Of a stretch of DNA of 34,914 bases, positions 20,507-31,895 are shown piece by piece. The notes under the pieces were generated by a model that was not told the origin of the DNA, did not search any database, and worked only from the letters and a program-made list of their open reading frames with translations. Both the position numbers and the translations under genes were made by a program. Source of the stretch: Chiloscyllium plagiosum (Eukaryota); NCBI RefSeq assembly GCF_004010195.1, contig NC_057746.1:12951812-12986725 (forward strand), given 5' to 3'. Each line of letters opens with the position of its first letter. Position 1 is the stretch's first letter.

Positions 20507-21039
20507 GCAGAGATTGTGCTGAGTTATTTAAAGAATACTGTCTGAAATTTCATATTCACCAATCAATACTGGCTTGATAATGCACCCTGAGTTCGTGAGG
20601 CAACAATGCAGACTTTTCAATCACAGTTTTGGGCAACAATTGTGTTTTTGCATCACATTCTCACCCCATTTGTACCCTTTATTTTGATTGTGTCACTGAA
20701 TCTTTTCACTGTAAGCCACATTGTTGTGGCCAGCAAAGCTTGCAGAAGACTTAGAAGTCGGAACAATAAAGAGAGTAGCAAGGTCCCACAGATGGAAAAC
20801 AGAAGAAAATCCATAACTTTACTCTTTGCAATCTCCAGAAATTTCATACTATTATGATCTATGTTCATGTTGTATTCTCTATGGAGTCGCATGTGGTAGA
20901 TGGGTTATAAGTCTGTATTTCTCCCGTTTGCTGCACAAACATTTGCATTTCTGCTGTAACTCAGGCGAAGTTTGGAGAGCAACTGAAAAATGTGATGACC
21001 TATCCATTTATGTTCATTGGAAAAGTAATTAAATTATGA
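20507..21039 (+). pseudogene. Rhodopsin-class GPCR pseudogene fragment, GPR139/142-like (TM4-TM7 + C-tail)
   Basis: WATIVFLHHILTPFVPFILIVSLNLFTVSHIVVASKACRRLR...DP-like VPQMENRRKSITLLFAISRNFILL*, then in another frame CCTNICISAVTQAKFGEQLKNVMTYPF. Multiple stops and a deletion/frameshift before TM7; N-terminal half absent. Confidence 0.8.
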
Positions 21040-21124
21040 AATGCATTTAATCCCTTACATTAGCATTGTTTGCATTTTAATGAAATATTATTCCTACTAG
21101 ATGTCACTGACAAAGTTAGCACTT

Positions 21125-21126
21125 AC

Positions 21127-21161
<35 letters not shown>

Positions 21162-21213
21162 CACACATACACAAACACACACACACACACGAACACACAT
21201 GCACACACACACA
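21125..21213. repeat. Imperfect (CA)n microsatellite
   Basis: Direct reading. Confidence 0.95.
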
Positions 21214-23049
21214 CTCTGGGGGAAAAAAAAAACAACTGCATATTATACAAGACACATCAAGAGTCTGAAATCATCCCACCAGACTCAGAAACAATAGGAA
21301 ACTTTTGCCACAACATTAGCACACTAAGCATGTTTTTTTTTCCACAAAATGATATAGTTAACTGCCGACAAACTACAAATTGCAATGCAAGTATTTTAAC
21401 TTGAAGACTGGGGCATTTAATTTGTTAGCTTCAGTGTGATTTCCTTATTGATTACCTGTCGAGAAATTGAGACTGAGTAACATTGAACATTCCCACGCTA
21501 TTTGGTAATCCATGGAGAGATGATTAGAAAGGCAATGACAAAAAAGCTCCGTCGATAGTCATGTGCCGTAATATAATCAAGCACAAAAGAAGTTGGGAAT
21601 ATGAACTGAGGATTGTAATCAACTTGCTTTAGCTTCACTTTTTGATTCTGATCACTAATTCATTGTCAGTCAGAACTGAACATTTTAAAAAGAGATTTGC
21701 ATCATGTGAAACCTTGAATATCCAGACAAGTATTTTATGTCAGTGAGAGAAGCACATTTTATTTGTTGGTCTGCAACATATCACAGCTTTTGAATATTTC
21801 AATGAAAGTCTTCTAGCAATTTGGATGCAGTGAGTAGGTGGAGTGTTTTCAGCCAATACAGAATTAAAGTAAATCCGGATTCATTAATATTTTCCACAAA
21901 TGTATTTGTCACATTTCTGCACATCAATCGTCTTCCATTCCCAACAGATCTGTAAAGGAAGTCGTAAGATGTCAAAAAGTGCTGACCAGTCCAGTAACTG
22001 ATGCACTTGTCCACAGAAAGTTTCTATTAAAAAAGTTGTGGTTATTCTCAGATAATATATTTCCGTTATCTGCAGAGCAAAAAGGGGAGTGATTATGGAA
22101 TTTATAGGTCAGCAAGGGTAAATATGTGTCTTGTATTGAGAAAAATGCTTTTGAATATTTTACATCTTCCTGTACAGGCTGGTGGTTTTCCTTTAGTGTC
22201 TCTTTATCAATGCAGCACAACTGAACTGAAGAGATGGACTAGAGCATCATCTTTACATTTTTGAAACATAAACTCTATCGTAGCATTCGGTGCCAAACAC
22301 AGTCTTCTGAACTAGAGGTGACTTCCACCATATGTGTCACTAAATTCCGCAAAAGCCGTTGTCCAGTTCCTAAATATGGTTCCACTTTGTTTGATTGAAT
22401 CCTTCGAAATATACAGTTATGTTCGGGATTCGGATCAGAATGTTAAAATTAGATAACTTCTTCCCCCAAGCAAACTTCTATCTTCCACTAATTTTCGAAA
22501 TATTGCTGCCAGGCACTGTTTTAATGGGATCATTTTCATTATATGACATTCCCAGGTAGCAATCAATCACACGGGGACTTTACTGGTTTCACTGCTTGCG
22601 ACACACACGGCGGCCCTTCCCAGTTTTGAAACATCAAAAACAGACATGCTTCGACTGGACTGGGATAGAATCATAAGTTTTCTTCAGCAAAATGATATGT
22701 GACAAAGTAATAAACATTGTTTCATCACTACATTTTGTAGACCGTGTTACTTACCTGCACTTACTTGGGACTTTGTCTAGGCTATGAAAGCCACACCTGA
22801 TTACTGATTATAACGTGATGATGTTTCCATGTAGAAGCTGCTACCTCACCGCCTATCCATAGGCAAGAGTTCAATATCGTTACCTTGCAGAGAAATAGAT
22901 TTGGCAAAATCAATGAATAAGAAATGTCTCAAGGTCAACTCAGAAGTTAACTGCATGTTGACTTTCCTCTCTGAGTGTCCAACGAGTCCAGGTTGTTGCT
23001 TTAAATGGATAAAATATGCCACGCTCTGTAAACCAACACATGTGTAATC

Positions 23050-24080
23050 CCATGTAGAACATACTAAGACACATTGGAATATAACTAAGCCTTTCAGCTC
23101 AACAGGTTATTCCGCCATCCAACGCAATCATGACTTGAAACACTTCAATATAATTTCTCAAAACATTACCATTAACCTGAAGATATTTGGTACACAACAT
23201 AGCGCAAATATATATGTAATTAAAGCTGTAGACAAAGTATCTGTGCCTCTCTGTGATAACCAATGCCAAAGGTCTACAAGCCGCCGGCTAAAAGTCAGTT
23301 CTCTTCAGTTTAGACTTAATTTGCATTTTTTATATGTTACAGCTCTCGTTCAAGATATGTCAAATGGTGAAATGTCTCACCTGAACCTATTCAGCTTATT
23401 CGTGTTTTCTGTTTAGTGGCATTTCATTGAGATTGTTCTCATAACTCGAAACTTTGGCGACAATCTGGTGAACATATGTAGCACTCCCTCCACCTCAATA
23501 TATTTAATGTGCTGGGAAGACTTCAGCAACAGTCAAAATAAGCTCTGACGCAAACAAGCATTCTTTTTGTACACCTGTCTTCAAATCCTCATTAAATGCA
23601 GTCTAGAATTGTGTTAGTCTAAATCATAGCGTTCCTGCAACTGCATGTCAACTGCATGTCAAACATCATTACCACTAAGATGATTATTATTCTCTACCTA
23701 CTTATCGCATTGTTTGTAAAAGATTCTAAATTTTGCCTCTTTCTCTTGCAAGGCCAACAGTTGAAGTGTTCCATCATGTCTCTCCTGCTATCTTCCCAAA
23801 TACTTTTCTGATATTTGTCACCTTCTATGTTTTTGAGGATTCATTCTAGAATCAGTGGAATGTTGAAAGATAATGAGCAATGCATCAGCTATCTTTGTAG
23901 CAATTTCCTTCAGCACTGAAATGTGGAGTGTCAGGTTCCAAGTGTTTTATCCGTTTTCCGTCCTTTTAATTTTACTAGTGCAATGATTTTGCTGATATGA
24001 TTTTCTTTCATCTCATCTTTCTTCCTTGGAACACTAGTTCTGCAAAATGTATTGATTGTATTATATTTTCCCTTCTGTTT
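23050..24080 (-). mobile_element. Old decayed CR1-type LINE fragments
   Basis: CR1-like 3' tail at ~23050-23135; - strand LKEIATKIADALLIIFQHS at ~23915-23860 resembles the N-terminal RT region. Confidence 0.55.
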
Positions 24081-25039
24081 TAAAGCAAGCCAATTAAAGG
24101 CGGTGGTCTTGATTAAGTAGTGTGTGTATTTTGAAAAATATTGTCGGACGTTCCCCAGCTTCAGCCAAGAGCAAAATATTACCAAAGCACAAAGCAGAAA
24201 ATGATTTCTTAATGAATACAAAAGTGTGAAATAATGGATACACAAAGGAAGCTTCGCCGCAAGTGTGAAGAGAAAAAGAATTTCTAAACAATTAGATGAA
24301 ATTTCCCGACATTTTGGTACTCAAACGAAAATATAGACCACTGATAACCTGTAGCAGGTACTCAAATGAGGTTTTGTTCTGACAACATTCCATTCAGAAC
24401 ATTGTTATCGCAATCACCATGAAACCTAACCATCCATCCAGAATGTGATGGCTTGACTTGGATACAATAGTCGAGTTGGCATTGAACCTATTTTTCATAA
24501 CTAGTTATCGATGAAAGTGTTTTAACTTATCAGGATCCAGTATGTTTCTCTACACACTTTCTCAATTTTAATACCCGGTGGATTTACACACTGTGTTGTC
24601 ACGGATTTTGAATCCCCGCTGTCGAAACCCTCCTTTAAATTGTGCTTTTGTGTAGTAGCCCACAGATCGGATTGGAGACTGACATCACCATCCCTAGATA
24701 TCTCTGATCTCATCAGCATGTCAGACCAATAGAGGTTCAGGTATATTGGTTATTATGGAAAGTCACCGGAAGTTTTCATTTGTCCACTTTTAAATCTTGC
24801 AAAACCTCAAATACATCATTTTATTTAAAAAATAAACAATCCTTTAAAGAGCATCACATTCATAATTTCCAATTCTGTATTTGCATCCTCCTTCGCTCCA
24901 GCAAAATGTGTGTTAAGTAATCATTTATCACTTTAACTAAAGTTCTCTGGGTTCCCACACAGGTTGCAACATTCGTCCCAATAAGAACTATAACTTCCTT
25001 GGAAATTGTAATCCACTTGATATCATTCTCACAAATGCA

Positions 25040-26820
25040 CCTCCACATACCTTGATACTGTGTTATCCTCCCTGTTCCAGGCATTGCACACATACATTCA
25101 GGACACCACCAGCGCCTTCTGCCTCCTCCAAGACATTGGCTTCTCTGGCCCCCAGTACCTCATCTTCACCATGGACTTTCAGTTACTATACACATCTCTC
25201 TGCCATGATGGAGGCCTCCAAGCCCTCTATTTCTTCCTCTCATGGCGTCCCCACCAGTACCTCTCCTCTGATACTCTCATTCATTTGGCTGAACTGGCCC
25301 TCAACCTCAATACTTCCTCCATTGAATCCGCTCACTTCCTCCAGATGAAAGGTATAGCCATGGACGCCCATCTGGGCCACATCCATGTCTGTCTCTTTTT
25401 CAGTAACGTTGAACAGTCCATGTTCCACAGCTACACCGGCCCCATTCCCGATCTTTTCCTCTGCGACATTGTTGACTGTCTTGGCGCCACCCCATGTTCA
25501 CATAAGGACGTTGACCAGTTCATCAACTTCACCAACCCATTCGAACCTGAACTTGAGTTCACCAGAACCATCCCAGTCACCTCCCTCAACTTTCTCGACC
25601 TCTGCATCTCCGTCAATGGTGACTGACTAAATACAGATATCTTTGACAAATGCACTGACTCCCACAGCTACCTGGATTGCACCTACTCCCACCCTGCCTC
25701 TTGTAAAAATACTGTCCTTTAATTCCAATTCCTCCACCTCAGCCGCATCTACTCCAGGAGGACCAGTTCCTCCACATAACACACCAGATGGCCTCCTTCT
25801 TCAAAGACCGCAACTCCCTCTCCCATCTGGTCAATAAAGCGCACCTCATTCACTTCCAACACCTCCATCCTCGAACCTCACGCCTCCAACCACAACAAGG
25901 ACTGAAGCCACCAACTTCCACTGCCATCGCACCATCCTCCTTCATTTTCAAAACCGACAATAGGACTCCACCACAGGAGGTTTATTTCCCTCCACACCTC
26001 TATCCATTTGCCGTAACGACCACTCCCTCTGCGACTGTGTTGTCAGGTTCACGCCCCGCACCTGTCTCTTTTCCCTGCCACCGCAGGAATCACAAAACCT
26101 GCTCACACACCACCCCACTCAAATCTGTTCATGGTCCCAAAGGAAACTTCCGCATCCATCAAAGTTTTACCTGCACTTCAACAGATGTCATTTACTATAT
26201 CCATTGCTCACAATACAGTCTCCTCCAGATTGTGGAGACAGGACGCCTACTTGCAGAGTGCTTCAGAAAATATCTTCGGAACACCGGCACCAACCAACCC
26301 CACCTACCATTAGTGACACATCAATTCCCCCACCCATTCTGCCAAGGACATACAGGTCCTGGGCCTCCTCCATCACCACACTAAATAAATAATGTTGGAC
26401 GAAGAATGCCTCATTTTCCGCCTTAGGACCATCCAGCTGCTCAGCATCAATGTGGACTTCACCAGTTCCCTCATTTCCCCGCCCTCACCAAAATGCAATT
26501 CCAACCATCCAACATGGCATTACCCTCATAACCTGCCTACCTGTTCATCTTCCTTCCGACCTGCCCACTCCACCCCCTCACTGGTCCATCACCTTCACCC
26601 CATCCCCATCTACTTATCGCACTCTCAGCCACACTCCTCCTAGCCCCAACCCCTCTCACTTATCTCTCCAACTCCTCGGATCACAAGCCCGATTCCTGAT
26701 AAAGGGCTGTTGCCCAAAGCGTGGATTATCTTGCTCCGTGGAAGCTTCCTGATCTGCTGTGGTTTTCCAGCACCACACTCTTGACTCTAATGTCGAGCAT
26801 CGCAGTCCTCACTTTCTCAT
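25040..26820 (+). mobile_element. Decayed Penelope-like element (RT + GIY-YIG + 3' end), second PLE family
   Basis: TYIQDT, FTMDFQLLYTS, HFLQMKGIAM, LFLCDIVDC (RYIDD-derived), LNFLDL; GIY-YIG remnant FTCTSTDVIYYIHCSQ...IVETGRLL; degenerate hammerhead-like motif at ~26696-26725. Confidence 0.88.
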
Positions 26821-26824
26821 AATT

Positions 26825-27560
26825 CGCCCTATCCTGACAGCCAGCATTTTATCATGGCCTGTCTGAGCTCACCAAATTGTTGTCTCATGCTCCCCCACAC
26901 TTCCTTCATTCTTGTCGGTCTTCCATTGGTTTGCTTCCATCGAACCTGTTGTCCACCTCTCCTTTCCTGTTTTTAAATGAATCACGATTATTCCACGGAT
27001 ATCTGGGCTTGCTACTTCTGCATTTCACCTGAAGGTTACAAATATGAGCCTTTATTCTCGTAGTTCATTTTTAACTCCTCACATTACTCCAATATACTTT
27101 TCAGTAGCTGTACATTTTCACCAGATCCACCATAGTTTAACAAATTCTGCTAGTCCCAATGTAAAAACTCTTTTTGCTGATCATTTTTTCTCATTTACGA
27201 TGTCAAATTTAAACCATATAGTGGTCACTGTCATTTAAATGATGCTCCATTTTCACCTCAAACTTATGTCGAATATCTCTTCCCAAAATTCGATCTAGAA
27301 TGGCACAAGCCTTGTTGGACGACTTGTGTCATCACAGAAAAAAACAATCCTGTATAAAAGGAATATTATTATTTCTGATTATCCCAACCAAGTACTGATA
27401 TAATTAACTCATTAATATTTATTTAAACGTGTTAGTGAATTGGTTATATATCGGCCCCACAATTGCTCACTGGCTGGGTTCTCTATTACAGTCCTAACTA
27501 AATGACTGCTGCCCGTTTATTCCTATGATCTACCCGCAAACCATCCATCGGTTTGAACAA
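26825..27560 (-). mobile_element. Old CR1-type LINE endonuclease-region fragment (probably continues at ~24800-25035, split by the PLE)
   Basis: - strand AILDRILG...SDHYMV at ~27305-27210 matches the APE C-terminal LD...SDH motif. Confidence 0.55.
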
Positions 27561-27659
27561 CATCCGAGGACTTTCACTGAAATTGGTAAATCTGTCTCAC
27601 AGTCAGGTAAAATAACAGTCTAATGTTGTCCCACTGAATAATCATGGTGAACAACATTC

Positions 27660-28215
27660 AAGGAAGCTCTAACGGTGTCAAGGGCAGGGAATCAACTCAG
27701 AGTGGGGCAGTTCGAGGTTCACCAATAATTATGGCCCAAAAAAAGGCGCAATCAAGCTGCTCGGTCCCAAATTACATACTTGCTGGAGTAATGCTGTGGA
27801 AGGTGATGAGAGAACCAAAGTGAGGAAAAATAAAGCATGATTGATCTGAACCACACAAATGGCGGAAGGAACGCCAGCATCAGTAGCAGGCATTTCTAAA
27901 CATGAGGTGTCAACGTGGTGAAGCTCCGAAACAGCATAAAAACAAGTGATAGACGGGGATAAGCGATGCCACAAACTGCAGATCAGATGTAAATTCTACA
28001 CTCTGTCACATCCAGTCGTGATTGCTGGATAACAAGTCACTGGAAGAGGATGTTTTACAAGCACCTCATCTTCAACGATAGAAGAGCTCAGCACATCTTT
28101 CCAAAATATAAGTGTAAAGCATTCACAACAATCTTCAGCCAGAAGTGTCAAGTAGCTGATCGAACGCATCCTGCGTCCTGCCTTGAAGCAATTCGATTAA
28201 TTTCAACATTTGGAT
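27660..28215 (+). mobile_element. Decayed fragment of the same LINE family as 3042-5755
   Basis: ATGAGGTGTCAACGTGGTGAAGCT (27902) and TTCAGCCAGAAGTGTCAAGT (28134) match the reverse complement of 4388-4411 and 4152-4171. Confidence 0.7.
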
Positions 28216-28424
28216 CCTATGCTTGCAAAAAGTGAACATATGATTTTTTTGTGCAACTTTATGGAAACTTCAGCCGCTACCATCCTGACAGGCAAGGAAT
28301 TCCAGATTCCCATCACTCTCTGAGGGAAAATGATGCTCCGTCCGTCTCCTCTAAAGTTCTGCCCCGGATTTTAAGTCTGTGCTCCTTGACGATAGAGCCC
28401 TCCATACAGGTGAAACGTCTCTTC

Positions 28425-29260
28425 CGACTCAACTTCCATCCCACCTTCAAATTCAGTTGGTCCACCTCAGATGACCCCTCCCCTTCCATGACCTCAACAT
28501 TATCATCTCTGGCAACAGTCTGCAAATGGGCATCTACTACAAACCTACAGACTCCCATAACTACTTGGACTGCACGTCCTCCCACCCAGCAACCTGCAAA
28601 AACTCCATCCCATTTGCTCAATTATTCTACCTCCACCACATCTATTTGAATGAGTAGACATTCCACTTGCGAGCATTCCAGTTGAGCAGCGATTTTGATT
28701 AATTGCTTTTCCTCCCTCCATCTTCCAGACATCTCTCTGCCACACCACCTCCATTCCCTATTCCACCACTCCAAAATCCGCCTCACAGCACAGAAAGAAC
28801 AGAGTCCCCCTTGTCTCCACCTACTTCTCCACCAGAGTCCGCATCCAACACATCATCCTCAAACACTTCTGACAACTCCAAGACCCTACCACCAAGAACA
28901 TCTTCCCCTCCCCATCCCATCTGCCTTCCTCAAGTTCTGTTCCCTTTCACAGTTCTTGGGTCATGCCACCCCCGTCACTGAACCCCAAGAACCTTGCCTT
29001 GCTTCCAGAATAAATGCAAAATCTACGAGCACACCACCCACCTCAAATCCACCCAGGGCCCCAAACAGCCCTTTCAGGTGAGTCAGAGGTTCATCTGCCT
29101 TTCTTCCAACCTAGCTTGTTGCATCAGGTACTCCCAATGTGGTCTCGTCTACATCAGGAAAACCGATTATAAACTTTGGCAATGGCTCACCAATTATCAA
29201 GCCAGGTCCGCAGGGGCCAACCCGACATACCAGTCACCACCCAATTCAATTCCCCCATAC
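28425..29260 (+). mobile_element. Decayed Penelope-like element fragment (RT thumb + GIY-YIG remnant), related to 25040-26820
   Basis: NFHPTFKFSWS, YYKPTDSHNYLD, QGPKQPFQVSQRFICLSSNLACCIRYSQCGLVYI. Confidence 0.8.
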
Positions 29261-29261
29261 T

Positions 29262-29720
29262 GTCTTCCAGGACTTACCACAACCAAAAGGACGAGCCACA
29301 CTACCATACATCAGGAGCATATCAGAACTGACAGCCAGACTACTGCGACCCTTAGAACTCATAACGGCACACAAATCAACAGCCACGCTCAGACAACATC
29401 TCACCAGAACGAAGACCCCGATACCCAACATGAGCAAAACTAATGTAGTGTACAAGATACCATGCAAGGACTGCACTAAACACTATATAGGACAAACAGG
29501 AAGACAGCTAACAATCCGCATACATGAACATCAACTAGCCACAAAACGACACGACCAGCTCTCCTTCGTAGCCACACACGCAGGCAACAAGCAACATGAA
29601 TTCGACTGGGACAACACTACTATCATAGGGCAAGCCAGACAGAACAGCCAGGGAATTCCTAGAGGCATGGCATTCATCCACAAACTCCATCAACAAACAC
29701 ATCGACCTGGACCCAATAAA
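29262..29720 (+). mobile_element. Well-preserved Penelope-like GIY-YIG fragment (family of 19952-20506)
   Basis: ATLPYIRSISELTARLLRPL...KTNVVYKIPCKDCTKHYIGQTGRQLTIRIHEH; short deletion/frameshift at ~29640. Confidence 0.92.
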
Positions 29721-29723
29721 CCA

Positions 29724-30140
29724 ACTTCACATCTTTCCTAAAGTGAGGCGACCAGAACTGCACACAGTACTCCAACTGTGGCCTAACCAAAGTCCTGTAC
29801 AGCTGCAACATCACTTCACGGCTCTTGAATTCAATCCCTCTGCTAATGAACGATAATACTCCATAGGCCTTCTTACAAACTCTATCCACATGCGTGGCAA
29901 CCTTCAAAGATCTATGTACATAGACCCCAAGATCGCTCTGTTCCTCCACCTGACTAAGAACCCTACCATTATCCCTGTATTCCGCATTCTTATTTGTCTT
30001 TCCAAAATGGACAACCTCACACTTGGCAGGGTTGGACTCCATCTGCCACTCCTCAGCCCAGCTCTGCATCATATCTAAGTCCCTCTGCAGCCGACAACAG
30101 CCCTCCTCACTGTCCACAACTCCACCTATCTTCGTATCAT
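29724..30140 (-). mobile_element. Internal fragment of the young CR1 subfamily
   Basis: Nearly identical to ~10572-10987 (DSEEGCCRLQRDLDMMQSW...YCVQFWSPHFRKDV). Confidence 0.93.
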
Positions 30141-30520
30141 CACTACCTTATATGCACTACCTTCTGCTTGAAAACTTTACCTCATTGGTCCCTTTCAAAT
30201 CTTTCCCCTCTCACCCTACCCCAACACCCTCTAATTCTGGAATCCCCCACCCCAAGGAAATGACTCTGTGTATTTACACTATCCAAGCCCCTCATGATTT
30301 TATAACCCTCTGTAGGTCATGCCTCAGCCTCAGATACTCTGGGGAAAACAGCCCCAGCTTATTCAGCCTCTCCCTATCACTCAAATCCTCCAACCCTGGC
30401 AACATCCTTGTGAAACATTTCTGAACCCTTTCAAGATTCAGAACATCCCTCCGATGGGAATTAGTCAGAACCGCACACAATATTCCAAAAAATGGCCTAA
30501 TCAATCGTGTGATGACCTCC
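30141..30520 (-). mobile_element. Older CR1 RT C-terminal fragment
   Basis: LERVQKCFTRMLPGLEDLSDRERLNKLGLFS peptide. Confidence 0.85.
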
Positions 30521-30977
30521 CTGAAATGCAAAAAGTCATCAAAACATCTGCAAACTTGCTAACTGGAATGGTATGGTTGGCCAGGGTGCGTGGGGATTGA
30601 GAACACCTGCACTTGCTCCAAGAGGCAATAAAATTATGAGCATTCTCTATCCTCTAATATTGGCAAACTGTTGTGATTTGTCTAAATCTGAAACAGAATG
30701 CTGGAGACACCCAACATGTCTGGCAACATTTGGAAAGAAAGAGATAATATTTTGCGTCCAATAAGAACTCTTCAGAACGGATTTCAATCACATTAGATTC
30801 AAACAGTTCAAATGTTTCTCAAGCATTTTCTGAATCTGTACCTGTCTATATTCTGTTGTGATGAAACGTGCTTGCCCCTTTCAGAGATTGCATCTTAAAC
30901 TATTGCACATCATTAAATCCCTCGACACGATCTCATGTTTATATCCCCATAACTTGCTGTCACATCTACATTCTACT

Positions 30978-31392
30978 GAGTACAGATATACTCCATGGAA
31001 ACACCCTTCAGTCCAAACAGTCATGCCAAATGTTATCCCAAACTAAACTAGTCCCTCCTACTTGCTCCAAGACCATTTCCTTCCAAACAATTCCTATTTC
31101 TATATCTATCCACGTTTCATTTAAGCATTATTATTGTGCAACCATCCACCACTTCCTCAGGAAGCTCATTCCACATATAAACCACTTTCTGCATAAAAAT
31201 AATTCCCTCTTATGTCATTTTTAATTCTCTTCCCGATTACCTTAAAAATATGTCCTCAAGTCTTTAAATCCTCCATCCTTCAGAAAAGCCAACCATTCAC
31301 TTTATCTACACTTCTCATTATTTTATAAACTCCTGTCAGATCGCCTCTCAATCTCCTACACTCCAGTGAAAAATGTCCCAGCCGTTCCCTGA
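30978..31392 (-). mobile_element. Decayed CR1 3' fragment
   Basis: CATGGAAACACCCTTCAGTCCAA tail signature; colinear with 8702-9110. Confidence 0.8.
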
Positions 31393-31403
31393 ATAAGAAT
31401 TGA

Positions 31404-31546
31404 AGTGTGGTGTTGGAAAAGAGCACAGCCGGACAGGCAGCGTACGAGGAGCAGGAGAATTGACGTTTCGAACATAAGCCTGTCTTCTGAAATTCTTGAT
31501 GTCGAGCTTATGCTGGAAATCTCGATTTTCCTGCTCCTTCGCTGAC
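31404..31546. repeat. Inverted (head-to-head) pair of Penelope terminal-repeat fragments
   Basis: Arms GAGGAGCAGGAGAATTGACGTTTCGAACATAAGC (31446-31479) and GCTTATGCTGGAAATCTCGATTTTCCTGCTCCTTC (31506-31540) are imperfect reverse complements; both resemble the PLE 3' end at 26695-26785. Confidence 0.75.
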
Positions 31547-31619
31547 AACGCAAAGCCATTGCATAAGCTGCAGTCTGTTAACTGTGCTCTCATTTTCATC
31601 ACCAAAATTGCCGCTATTT

Positions 31620-31895
31620 TGAAGGTCCCAAAAGAATAAGTCTCAAACTCACTACCCTTGCAAACTTCCACCTCACCTTCAACACATTTTCGAATCTCCT
31701 TTCCCTAAAAGCCACAATCAAACCTTTCCAATCACATTTCTATCTCTGTTGCAGTACCAAAATAGCTGTTGTCAAAATCAGCAGAGCCATCGGATTGATT
31801 CAGTTTCTTAATCTGTTTTCGGATTTTGAAATAATTCATCTCACCATTCTCTTCCAATACAATTCCACGTCTTTCAGCTGCATGAGACTGCCCTT
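31620..31895 (+). mobile_element. Possible ancient L2/CR1-group RT remnant
   Basis: KPFQSHFYLCCSTKIAVVKI (~31720-31780) resembles the QSGFRxxHSTETALxKV motif. Confidence 0.35.

Noticed and set aside
21700-22900. Possible - strand exons (acceptor-like site near 22070, donor-like site near 22755; ORFs 21799..22014 and 21972..22220)
   Set aside because: No recognisable protein motif in any frame and no way to support a non-coding transcript from sequence alone.
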